From assembly GCA_026026165.1 (NCBI GenBank), contig JAPEUD010000084.1, positions 1 to 64,000 on the forward strand: 64,000 nt of DNA, in the 5' to 3' direction. Made by a program: the position numbers and the translations under genes. Below, piece by piece: positions 37,633 to 49,800 of this stretch. The stretch's first letter is position 1, and the number at the start of each line of letters is the position of its first letter. The DNA comes from Sarea resinae. Its lineage: Eukaryota. The notes below the pieces were generated by a model that ran no database searches, was not told the origin of the DNA, and saw nothing but the letters and a program-made list of their open reading frames with translations.

Positions 37633-40578
37633 TTACGACGCATGTGCCTTGGCCATCGTGTTGAGCGCGCTACCATTCTTGAACCATGAGATTTGTCCCT
37701 CGTTGAAAGTGTGCGAAAGGGAAGCCTCCCACGTCTTCCCATTCTTGGGGTGTACCCTGAGCGTCAACGGCTTACCAACAGCCAGCTCGGTGCAAAGGAG
37801 GTCGACCTTGTCATCGGGGTTGATCTTATCGTAATCAGCAGGGTCGCTGAAGACCAATGGAAGCATTCCTTGCTTCTTCAAGTTGGTTTCGTGGATACGG
37901 GCGAAGCTTCGGGTGATGATGGCAAGGCCACCAAGATGTCTCGGCTCAAGCGCAGCATGCTCTCGCGAGCTTCCTTCACCGTAGTTCCAGTCTCCGATGA
38001 CAACCCACTTGATTCCCCGTCTCTTGTAGTCACGGGCAGTTGCCGGGACGGCGTCGTATTCTCCAGTAACGGCGTTCTTGACCTTGTTTGCTTCACCGTT
38101 CTGGGCATTGATGGCGCCAATAAGCATGTTGTTCGAGATGTTGTCTAGATGTCCACGGTACTTGAGCCATGGGCCAGCCACTGTTTGAGAATTAGATACG
38201 TCTGCTTCGAATTCGAAAAGGGAGACTTACTTGAAATGTGATCGGTAGTCGTCTTGCCTTGGGTCTTGATCAAAATCGGGAGGTCAGTGGCATCCTTGCC
38301 ATCCCATGCATCGAATGGCTCGAGCACCTGGAGACGGTCGCTGGTGGGAGCGACAGCCACTGATACAGCAGAGCGATCTTCAGGAGGGGCTTGGTAGGTG
38401 TCACGGCCAGGGTCGTAGCCCCTGGATGGAAGACCATCGCCAGTTGGGGGAGAAAGGAGGAAGTCGTTTCCGTCCTTGTCCTTGAGGGTATCGGTGAGAG
38501 GGTTGAATTTGAGGGTACCAGCTAGAGTCAGAGCAACCACGAGATCTGGGGAAGTGACGAAAGCATGGGTGGCAGGGTTGGCATCGTTACGACCAGTAAA
38601 GTTTCGGTTGTACGAGGAGATGATGGAGTTTGGCTCGCCCTTCTTGACGTCACGACGATCCCACTGGCCGATGCAGGGACCACAGGCATTGGCAAGGACC
38701 ATACCGCCAAATTCCTCGAGAGTCTCGAGCTGGCCATCACGTTCAATGGTGGCACGAATTTGCTCGGAGCCGGGAGTGACGGTAAAGACAGATTTAGCTT
38801 TCAGACCGTGATCCAGAGCATCCCGAGCGATGGAGGCAGCGCGGGACATGTCCTCATAAGAAGAGTTGGTGCAAGATCCAATCAAGCCAACCTTCAGGTC
38901 CTCAGGCCACTTGTTGGCGTCGACAGCCTCTTTGAACTTGGAGATCGGGGTAGCAAGATCGGGAGTGAAAGGTCCGTTGATATGGGGCTCAAGCTCGGAC
39001 AGGTTGAGCTCGATGAGCTCGTCGTATTCAGCGCCTTCATCCTCCTTCAGCTCCTTGGCGTAGCTCCGGGCGAAGTCGCCGATTTGCGATCGCTTGGTCG
39101 CGGCAAGGTAGTCGTACATGCGATCATTGAAAGGAAAGAGCGATGTAGTAGCTCCAATTTCGGCACCCATATTGCAGATAGTTCCCATACCAGTTGAAGA
39201 GAGCGAGTCGACACCGGGTCCGTGGTACTCAACGATCTTACCAGTCCCACCCTTCACGGTAAGGATACCAGCAACCTTTAGGATGATATCTAGTATCTTT
39301 GTCAGTATCAACTTAGATCGTATCGTTTCGAGGATAGCCTGGCGTACCCTTTGGTGAAGTCCATCCAGACATCTCGCCGGTTAGTTTAACACCAATGACC
39401 TTGGGGGCCTTCAACTCCCAAGGAAGGTTCGCCATGACATCCACGGCATCAGCGCCACCGACACCAATAGCGGCCATGCCGAGACCACCAGCATTGGGCG
39501 TGTGGGAGTCGGTCCCAATCATAAGACCACCTGGGAAGGCGTAGTTCTCGAGAACAATCTGGTGAATGATACCAGAGCCGGGTCTCCAGAAACCAATGTT
39601 GTACTTGGCACAAGCGCTAGACAGGAAGTCGTACACCTCCTTGTTGATGGATTGAGCTCTGGCAAGATCCTTCTCACCACCAATTTGAGCCTCGATCAAG
39701 TGATCGCAATGAACGGTGGTTGGGGTGGCCACAGAGGGCATACCAGCCGACATGAATTGAAGAATAGCCATCTGCGCGGTGGCGTCCTGGCATGCGACGC
39801 GGTCGGGACGGAGCTTCAGATAAGAAGTCCCTCTCTCAATCTCCTGGCCGTGGGGGTCGTCAAGATGGGAATACAAGATTTTCTCGGCATACGTGAGGGG
39901 TCGGTTCAACCGGGCCCGCACGATGGAGAGGTTTTCTGACATCTTCCTAAATTTCCATGTCTCAGTAAACGCACGCCATTTCGCTAAACAAAACGTCCCA
40001 CTGCGCTCGCTCTGATGAGCAACCGCTGGCAGCAATCGTGAAGCGACATCTTCACCAGCTTCTGCTTGAGTGTACCAAAACAATCATACGTACTTGTAGT
40101 TGATGTAATGACCCTAATTACGACCGTCAGTCAAGTTTCACGATAATTATAAGAGACATATAGAAGTTTCCCTTTGCACCGAGCATAGCCGAGGACAAGA
40201 TCAGAGGAAGAGAAATTTGTTACTGACCTTCTCCCAGTTGGTCATTTCGACCTTCTTGTCGAGGGGATCATCTCTGACGGTTGCCAGTGTCCGCATCTGA
40301 GGAGCCTGCAGGAATTTCATGTCAGTATTGTGTTTTTGAGCAGTCGAAATTGCAGAGGACCCGAGCCATCCTTGGGAGGACGGCAGATCATAGTGAGTTC
40401 ACGTACAAGGCGAAGACTGGGCGCCTGTGTTCCATTATTGTCAGTCAAAGCCGTCCGAGAACGCAAAAGAGTAATGAGAAAAAAAAAAAGCACTGTTGGC
40501 GGCTCTCAGAAGGAGGTCGTCGGGGGATCGCAGACGTACCAGCTTGCCCACCCGGGCAAAATGCCTTGTGGAAATCAT
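37633..40578 (-). CDS. ACO1: Mitochondrial aconitate hydratase
   Basis: Presequence [54 protein letters not shown], Fe-S ligands GSCTNSS and [30 protein letters not shown]. Confidence 0.98.
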
Positions 40579-40724
40579 CTTGAGGCACTTGTCTCTGTAC
40601 GACGTTGCTAGTACCAAGCTCCTCGCCAATATCCGGCGTGTGTTGGAGTGGAGAGAGGGTGAAGACAGAAAGTGAAGCTTGTCGGAGGGTGAAGTTTGAG
40701 GGCGGGAGGAGTTCGTTATCAAGA

Positions 40725-40744
40725 AACTCCGCTGGCCGAATTGG
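40725..40744 (-). promoter_or_regulatory. Candidate CBC:HapX site (CCAAT-N12-RWT) upstream of aconitase
   Basis: Minus strand CCAAT TCGGCCAGCGGA GTT, about 150 nt upstream of the ACO1 ATG; aconitase is a known HapX-repressed gene in Aspergillus. Confidence 0.4.
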
Positions 40745-41031
40745 AGCTAAAGGCTCGGCTGTGACCTTGGGTACCGGGTGTTGGCCAATTACGGCAGAAG
40801 GTGGAGGAGAAAGTCTGTGGTCCCGACAACCGGCCGATCAAAGAATTGCAGACACCAACTGTCACCCATATAGAAGCCAAACGGAGGGGATTGAGCGTCA
40901 GGATCAACGGAGATGATGAGAGCCCGATCACGGATGGCACCAAGAGAAGAATGACAATGATATCGAGTGAATAGCTTCACGATCTCGTCGTCGTGTTGAC
41001 GGCCATGTTCACTTTGCCGCCGTTGCCCCGG

Positions 41032-41051
41032 CCAATCACTGTCTGCTTATT
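41032..41051 (+). promoter_or_regulatory. Candidate CBC:HapX site (CCAAT-N12-RWT) upstream of aconitase
   Basis: CCAAT CACTGTCTGCTT ATT, about 450 nt upstream of the ACO1 ATG. Confidence 0.4.
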
Positions 41052-42373
41052 CGCTTATTCTACGTAGTACTCTACTCCGCAATAACTAAGGTACGAAAGG
41101 CGGAACCGCGAAAGGTGACAGAGTATCTGGTCAGGTATGAAAGACCTTCTCTTCCCTACGTTGCGATACGACGGGGCTCGGTCTCGGGTACCTTCATGCG
41201 CTAGATGGCCACTTAGAAGAGGATCCCCCGGACGTACATCTCCATCTGTACTCCGTACTCCGTACTTTACGTAGTATTTTCTCGAACTTCAAGCTCGTCC
41301 GAAGCGTCAGAGGGGTACTTGGTGTAGAGTACTCCATAGTACACTGGTCGGTATCCGTACCGCTCTGTCGTGGGCTGGAGGTGTGTTTTCCCTCGGCGGC
41401 ACGCATGGAGACGGTCCAGTAGGTACGTAGCAGATACGGATTTTCCGGTGCAGACGAGAATCCTGGAGGCAGATTACTTCAGGCATTTTCCTATTGGATT
41501 ACAGCATGCCGCATAAATGCCGCCCTCTCTCCCAGCTTGAGGCTCGCACGTACGGAGGTAGAGATCGATGATGGATGGATGGCGACAGAGACGAGACGGA
41601 GCCGCCTACTCTCCTCCGACGAAGAGGATGGAGGGAACCTTGGAGTACTTGGTGGTCCGGGAAATCTCCGTCTAGACCAAGCCCCGAAAGTTCGAGCGAC
41701 CGCAGTAGCTTCGAGGTACCTTCCTGGGGCGCCGATCATCGTCCTCCGGGCATTCCAAGTTCAATTCCCGAGGTTCAAGGGGTCTCGTCCCCCTGCGCAC
41801 CGGCGCACCTGCGCACCTCCTCCACGCTTGTTCTCTTCCTTGGTCCTCACCCTTGCCCTTTCCTCTTCGAGATGCTTTGCCTACTGAGAACTTGGAGGAA
41901 GCACGCCTTCCAACCTACTATGTACTGAAGTATGCGCTCATGCTAATTATGTAATCACGTCAAGGTCTGATTGGCTCAGACCTGAAGGTAGGTACGAAAG
42001 ACTTCCCACTCTTAGTACGTGTACTTCGAGCGAGTACCTTAGGGCAGAAAATTTGATGAGATGGATTCCAGCGCGAGGATTTCTAGGGCAGGTACCTTTC
42101 GTGGTAATCCAAGACCGGTGATACACTTCATCCACTATTATGGGAAGTAGAAGCTAGCAGGAGAGTCAAGAAGTACTAGGAGTACGTCGTAGTAGTATGG
42201 GTCAGTCTGTAGAGTAGAACTTGTAATATCCTCATTGGGCTTGGCCATCTTTACGCTCGCCGTAGACCATCTGCAGCCCTAGTCACCGCCTTTGCAAGGT
42301 GTAAACACTCATCAACGTCCTATCGATAATTTTCCTCCGCCAATATCCATCCGCAGAATATCATATTACCGTC

Positions 42374-42935
42374 ATGGGGGCCATCCGAAGATCCAAGACA
42401 AAGCGTCGCACAAGGTATGCGCTCATTGACTGTCCTCGTGTTCAGAAGTGGCCACCTAGAAGTCGCAGCAAGCAAATTATGTTCCAGCTAATCACGATGT
42501 ATTTTCAGAGATCTCGATCAAGTGCACGCAGATCTACGCTCCGCCCGCCATCTTTCCCAACACAAGGACAGCAAGCCAGCCGAGGACCTGCCGGGCCTTG
42601 GAAAATATTACTGTGTTGAGTGCGCAAAATGGTTCGAAGGTGAGGATGGTCTTGTCAAGCATCGTGGCGGAAAGAGGCACAAACGGAGGTCAGTCCTGAA
42701 GCCTTTCGAGTCCGAGTCTCGGATCGCGAAGGAACTTTAAAGACTTATGCTTCATAGAATTCGCATGCTTCGAGAAGAGCCATATTCGCAAAAGGAAGCA
42801 GAGGCTGCTGTCGGTTTGCGAACAGATAATGGGACACGCCTGACTGCTGCCAAGTCCGGAGATGGCACAGAGCTGGTGAAAGAGGTGGAGATGGAGACCG
42901 AAGAGAGTGCGGACGCGAATAATGTCATCTCATAG
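42374..42935 (+). CDS. BUD20: Bud20 / ZNF593 C2H2 zinc-finger ribosome biogenesis factor
   Basis: MGAIRRSKTKRRTR|DLDQVHADL..EDLPGLGKYYCVECAKWFE..HRGGKRHKR|RIRMLREEPYSQKEAEAAVG; two introns. Confidence 0.95.
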
Positions 42936-43829
42936 AACATAGCTCGTTATACGTTTACGATATTGATGTCTGCTGCGTTGGGTGTTAGGCGTTAGGCATT
43001 CGAGGATTCTTGCTGCCTTTTTGCAGTGGGTTTAGGTTTCCAGTGGCCTCAGGTGCCATTGGTGAACAGCTAAAGGTTTAGCAGAGATGGAAATATCAAT
43101 CGATTCAAAGAAGTCCTACAACACCTTTTCTCGCAGTCTGTACCTGGTCGTTTAATTCTTCAGCAGGATGAGCTGAAAAGCTTGCTAGGGCATAATGCAC
43201 CACGCACCCAATTATTCAAAACGTCGGCCTCGAAACTCTAGTAACACACGTAATAGATGATCATCCCGATATGATTCCACAAATCTGTAAAGCTACTTCC
43301 TACATCAAATCGCTCGTCATTTTGAGCCACCAGCGCTTGCCCATAGACCATTCGAATATTACCCGTGCTATCCAATTATGGAATTTGAAGTATATGAATC
43401 TGTAGGCTGTTTGGGAAGTGATCTAAGGACTGCTCGGAGGCTAATATCACAATATATCAGATTTGATTACTGTGGTAGTTGACTACCTAAAGGTAGGATC
43501 GCTCACCTAGGTACCTAGTAGGTAGGCAACTTCCATTACCTTCCAGGTTATATCAGGTAAGGTAGGCATCAGCATCGCCTAAATCAAACCTCTCCGCCCT
43601 CACCAGTAGCTTAGGTACCATTGGGTTGCATACTGCCTAGTCAGTCGCCCATTCTTTCCAAATCCTAGCTATCCTGTCTACACAGCGTATGAACACAACC
43701 ACAACCAGTTGAATACCTTCAGGTAGTCTGGAAGATGTCGTCGCTGGATACCCGAATACTCAATACCTAGAAAATCATCTCCACATTGTTGTCTAATGTA
43801 CAAGTCAAGATTTGGGAAAAGAATAGAAT

Positions 43830-44822
43830 ATGACGATGACTACGTCTTTCACGCCCAAGGTCGAATTATTCGGCGGCGCTATCACGGTTGATATTCCTAA
43901 TGGCTTCGCAGATGTCAGGTATGCTCCTACAAATATTTTCCTGATCTACTCTCTAGCGTCTTCCCCTTTTCAGATCAAAACCTATGTTAGAGCACAAGAC
44001 CAGTACCTTCATCATCTAATCATGCACGTATCTGACCCTCTCCTACAGCAACATCCGCCAGGTGCCAGATCACCAGGAGGTGTACATTGACGTGAACGGC
44101 TACACGAGTATCATTTTTGAGATTACAGAGCATGTTGAGAAAGATCAAGCCAGTACTGATGAAGAGGCAATCAAGTATCACCTCGATGATATCGCTGAAG
44201 AGCCGGGTGACAGGCTTGAAATCTGGTCACTGGACAGTGTGAGATTTGAGAAGATTGCGTAAGGAGAAGTTTTCTATATTCTCCCCCTTTTGGATTTATT
44301 TTTTGCCGGTGCTGGCTTGCATTGCGTCCTTTTATTTTTGGACTAGCTCCTGCCTAGCATCTTCGTCATTCTACCATTTTCCAACGCTCTTACCTCTCCG
44401 TGCCGTTCACCATTCCAGAGTTCTCAGGTCCAATTTCACTCCATTTCAAGTCTTTCAGCTTCAACCCACTTGCCCTTACTTTGAAAGTGTACAAGTCAAA
44501 TCATCTTTTCACCACTAACATACCAACCAGCCCTTCCTACTCATCCTACACCATCCTCGCAACCCACAAACCCCAGCAGCAACCCCAACGGCCGCCAAAT
44601 CCACAACACACTACTATTCTCCTGACCCTTCTCCGGCTGCCCGAAAAGAAGACGGACATCCTGATCACCATAAACATACCATACATCCCCAGCGAAGCGG
44701 CTCGGGAACAGATTGACTTCGAGGCTGGAAACTTCGGCTCACACGTCGAGGCCATGAAAGAAGTGAGAGAGCGAGTGCTGAAGAGCTTTGAGATTAGGGA
44801 TTGGGGACTTTTTGATGCCTGA
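43830..44822 (+). CDS. MOG1: Ran guanine nucleotide release factor Mog1
   Basis: ELFGGAITVDIPNGFADVS|NIRQVPDHQEVYIDVNGYTSIIFEITE..YHLDDI..LLRLPEKKTDILITINIP..SFEIRDWGLF; two introns. Confidence 0.93.
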
Positions 44823-45069
44823 TTTGAGAGATGGGTGATCTGGGTTGCAGTCGAGCTCTTTTGAGATTGTTATATTGCGAGAAAACTTAGAATCTAGTGA
44901 AGACTTAAACCATTTTTATCATGAAAATGGGTTCTCGTTCAAAAGTCGTGATCAATCATTTGATCTTGCCACCCATCTACAGTTCAACTACTCGCTGCAA
45001 CCTGCAAGCCGCAAAGTAAGAGTATAATTACTTCCAGCAGAAAAGAACTAGCCCCTGACATCCAGCATT

Positions 45070-46361
45070 TCAAGCTCGCCCAACCTGTTTCGCTACCTTC
45101 GCGTCAGCCACCCGGCGACACAGGAGGCCCCTCAGCCGATCTACCAAGTCGATCTTGCTTCCCGTAAGCATCACGTCCCGATTTACTGCCTTATGTAAGG
45201 CCAGGTTTTTCTTCAGCGCTTCCAGTGTCAGATTCGGCACGTGGCGAGGATCCTGGACGTACCCCAGTGGGATCGAGGTGGAGTAATAGTCACCGCGCGC
45301 ATTGAGGTAGCTTAGACAAGGCTGGGGAAGAGTGATGAGGCGGCATGCTAGAGGGAGAGCGTAGACCAATGAGCGTAGACAGGACATTGTGATCGAGGTC
45401 CCTCGCAGGTGGAGAGCAGTGAGTCTCCAGAGCGCGGTTAGAGGGACACGAGCGTCGTCGTTGATCAGAGGATTGCCTGAGATATTGAGGTCGAATAGCG
45501 TTTGCGCATGAGTGGCCAGATGAAGTAGGTGGTGAGTGCCAATGTCCGTACTTGAGAGGTTGAGCGTTTCCAAGGCAGGAAGGAGACGAAGAGAGGAAAT
45601 GTCGTCGACGGTGATGGTGATGCGGCTCAGATTGAGGTTTGAAAGTGTCACAAAAGTGCCGAGGCTGAAGAAGGCGGAGAAGAATCTCGCACGGAGGTGG
45701 TCGGTTTTGATGGACCCGGTCAGGGATATGGACCAAATCGGCTCATGCTCGAAACAGGACAATATGCTCGGCGACCACCAGCCACGGTCTGACAGGATGG
45801 TTGCGATCTCCTCCTGGGTACGCGCTTCTGTGATAGGACTCAGATCAGAGACGATGTCCGACCCATCTCGTCTGGCCTCGAGGTGGGCGATCACTCGAAG
45901 ACGGAAACGGTTCAGTGGCTCTTCGACTTGGCACCGCTCTTGATCTAGTCCCAGAATCAGAAAAGGCGAAGGAGTGTTCACTTGAGTCGAGCATATGGAT
46001 ACACCAGCCAGAACAGGGAAAAGACATATTCTATGGAGCGGGTAGGATAACTATGGCCCGGACGGCTATACAGACCTGAAAGTGAATCCTCAGACTGATT
46101 GAGTTCAGTTGCAGCGGAAGGCAGAGGCTGGGGCGTCTTAGGATGGTCTTGCCGCGAATGTGTCTTCACGGGCGTCGAGCTCAGGTTTGCGCTCCTTTCC
46201 TGCAATGCTGCTCGGGCCTTGGGGCTCCGACGTTCGAGCTGAGGCGGCTTGTTAAGTCTTTTCCTAGGAGGACCAGAGGAGTTGAAGTCCGAGGAGGAAT
46301 CTGCTGGCTTGCTTCTTTTCTTCCCGCAAGACGAGGCCATGGATGATGGCATAGAAATCAT
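45070..46361 (-). CDS. Leucine-rich-repeat (RNI-like) protein with a C-terminal SAP-like motif and basic N-terminus
   Basis: Exons 46361-46076 and 45944-45070 (intron GTCTGT..CTGAT..TAG). LxxLxLxx repeats (LSNLNLSR, LETLNLSST, LFDLNISGN, LTALHLRGT); LTLEALKKNL..LTGSKIDLVDRL resembles SAP; KKRSK and PPRKRL are NLS-like. Start codon uncertain. Confidence 0.75.
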
Positions 46362-46811
46362 CGACTTCGATCACATCACGGCATGGCCTTTCTGGCGTTT
46401 CTGGCCTGGTAGCGAACCAAGCACGATCGAGCGGAATTGAGATGCAGTCACAGTATGCGGCAGACAGCATCTCTCTCTCCTAGAGTCATATCCCACAGTG
46501 ACCCTCCCAATCCAGCAAAACCCAAGCGTCATTAGTACCTTGCATGTTGAGACCGACAGGAAAGAAGTCATTATATTCTAGGGATCATGATTACTGCGCA
46601 CCCTGATCATTAGCGACGAGGGGCCGAGGACCCCTGGGACCAGTATACTGCGTATCTTCGTACATTTCAACCACGCCAACATAGCCCCGCGGCACAGCAC
46701 CGTCTTCGATAACATGACATTTATGACTCACGAAATGGCGCTCTCTCTTTCTTCAAATTTGTGCTCCTCTCCACTTAGTCTCAGCTCCAGTCATCGAATA
46801 TCGATTTGAAT

Positions 46812-49800
46812 ATGGCTGAGGTTATCAATATCGCTCCGGGAATTGCGGGCCTGCTTAGCCTGACGACCGAGGTCTTCAACATAAGCTCCGACTTCAGTAA
46901 TGTTCACCGTGCGAACGAGGCTGCTAATAGCCTGCTCCAAGAGCTTCAGTCACTCAGACGAGTTCTGGCCCAACTCAAGGAGCTGACCGACAAAGATGAA
47001 GAAGGTGGACTTCTGGAATCGAACTCCTCTCTTATCCTAGCTAGTGAAGATATTGGGCTATGCCGCGCAACTCTCAAAAATATACAGAAAAACTTGGAGA
47101 AGCATCCTGACACCTCGGAACAATATGGAAGGGTGAAATCTCTTACTTGGCCGTTCTCTGAAGAAAGGACTCAAGAGATTACTTGCATGCTGCATAGGCA
47201 TTTTTCTTTGTTTCAGTCTGCATTAAACGCCGATGCATTGTATGTTGCCTAAGAGCTCGTCTATAAAAGTAAAACTAAGCATTCAAAGCCCTTCTGGTAC
47301 GGAGACATTGAACGAGATACGTGGTAATCAGCTAGAGAACAGCGGTAAGAACTGGCAAATCCCAAGCTTGTCGTTATGCTGATTCTTTTATGCAAGGCGA
47401 AAACCATCCAGAAGGCTTGGACTGGCTATCGCGCATAAACGTACGTCAGAGGCACCATGACATATCCAGTAGGCGTCAGGATGGCACTGGAAGATGGCTA
47501 CTAGAAGACATCGTCATCAATGATTGGCTAGAGGCCAATAATTCCACCAGAGTTGTTTGGTGTCCTGGAGATCGTAGGTTCTCTTGGCTTGCCCTTCTCC
47601 AGAGAATAGGTTTCTAATTCCGAGCAGCTGGTACTGGTAAAACCGTCATGACGTAAGTTCAAGACCTTTCACGACAACAATCCTCTAACTCCATCCTCAG
47701 TTCCCTACTTATTGACTATATCGAAAGCAAAAATGATACCGAGGACGTTGGCATAGCCTTCATGTATTTCGATTTTCAAGATCCAAAGATGCAGACCGCA
47801 TCTGAAATTATAGCAAGTCTAGTTCATCAACTTGCTAAAAGGACAAAACATTTACCACGAGATCTCCGAGACCTTTATGGGGAGCTCAAAGATGGTCTGG
47901 GACAGCCACAATTTAATCCGCTTCTTGCTGTCCTAAAGTCTCTTTGCAACAACTTCAAACAAACGTACATCATTCTCGATGCTCTTGATGAATTTGGTGA
48001 TTTAGGAGAAAGAGAGATACTATTGTCGTCTTTGATCCCGCTCACGCAAGGCTCTCTTAAGCTATTGGCTACAAGTCGTCCGAACCACGTCGATCTCAAA
48101 CTGCAATTTGACAACGTACCTCAGGTCGAGATCAGGGCACCAGAAGATGACATCAGAAACTACGCCAGGGAAAGAATGGGAGCAGACCAAGATTTTACGC
48201 GACAAATAACTCCCTCCTTGGAAGAACAGATCATCAATACTGTTGCGCAACGAGCCTCTGGCATGTGAGTCTTCCTACAAGCATCTCTCAGATGAATAAT
48301 CATATGGCCCACGACCGTGTAGCTATAGAAATTTCTTTGAGTGACATCAGTATAGGTTTTTGATGGCTGTTCTCCAGCTGGAACTTGTCTGCGCCCAAAG
48401 GACTGTAACAAGTGTCTTGGACTCTTTGCAATCACTGCCGTCAAAGCTTGAAGATACCTACCTTGAGACCCTGGAAAGAATCAAGCGCCAACAAAGAGAC
48501 AATGGATTTCTTGCTATGAGGGTTCTGCATTGGCTGATTTATGCAAAGCGGTCATTGCGTGTCCATGAGCTTTGCCATGCTCTGGCCATTGAATGGGACG
48601 ACGAAGAAGAAGAAGAAGAAGAAGAAGAGAAGCCGCTTAGTCGAGAGAAAGAAAACCTCATGGAGCCAGGAAAAATCGTCGATGTATGCGCAGGTCTTGT
48701 CATAATCGAGCCAGAAAGTGGAATTGTTCGGCTGGTCCATCCTACGACAGACGAATTTTTGAGGTCGAGAAGAGAATCCCTTTTTCCGAATGCTGAGAGT
48801 GACATCTGCGGAACCTGTCTTGCCTGCCTTTCTTTTGACAGCTTAGGTCGTTACCTTCTGAGCGAGTACAATGCATACCACGAAATCATGCTCCAATACC
48901 CCCTTTTCCCTTATGCTAGCAGTTTCTGGTCATCACATTTGCGAGGAGAAAGAGAGTGGATACATCAAAAAATTGCACTCAGCTTCATTTATAAGCCTTG
49001 GTTCCTCCAGGCTGTCCTTTTAAATCATACTATGCGAGGTTTCCAAATGATTACAAGCTCTTCATCCATTTTACATGTCGTGGCCACGCTAGGAATGGAG
49101 TTTCTCCTATCATTGGTTCTTGACAAAAAGGTACCAGTCGACGAGAGAGACGAAAATTTGAGGACGCCTCTACATCTAGCAGCTAAGGTTGGGGAGACAG
49201 GAGTTGTTCGCCTGCTTCTGACCAACAATGCATGGATCGATGCATGTGACAAGAATGGATACACTCCATTGCTTTTCGCTGTGGAATCTGGGGAGATGGA
49301 AGTCGTTCGATTGTTATTGGACAGGGGGGCAGATGCCGACATATTGTGCTTCGGCGGATGGAGTGCTTTCCATCAGGCCCTATATTGGAGGAGTAGAAAG
49401 CAAGAGCCGATCGGAATGTGGAAAGGCGGGTCAGAAGTCAACGCTCAAGTATCCTGTGGTTATACTGCATTGCACTATGCTGTTTGGAGGAGAAACGAAG
49501 AAATGGTGCAGGTGCTGTTGGACTACCATGCCGATTATGCGACGGCAGACACGAGGGGTATGCGTGCATTGCACTATTGCGTGGATTCAATTGGGTTTCG
49601 GTCGGGAAAGTGTGATATTGTACAGGCTGAGCGAGTCCTGCGGCTACTCCTGGACAAGGGTGCTGGTCTGGAAGTGAAAGACCAGGGAGGGAGGAATGTT
49701 TTTCAGTATGCCGTGAGGAATGGACCTGAGTCCATGATGCGGCTGCTGCTGGATAGCGGAGCAAATTGCAAGGCGAGGGACGACGTTGGTAGAACCCCAT

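Noticed and set aside
37693..39939. Long plus-strand ORFs opposite ACO1
   Set aside because: Antisense shadows expected from strong codon bias in a highly expressed gene.
39947..40093. Hairpin-forming aconitase intron (GTGAAG..CTTCAC) as a possible snoRNA or iron-responsive element
   Set aside because: Only short stems; no clear C/D or H/ACA boxes and no CAGUGN loop.
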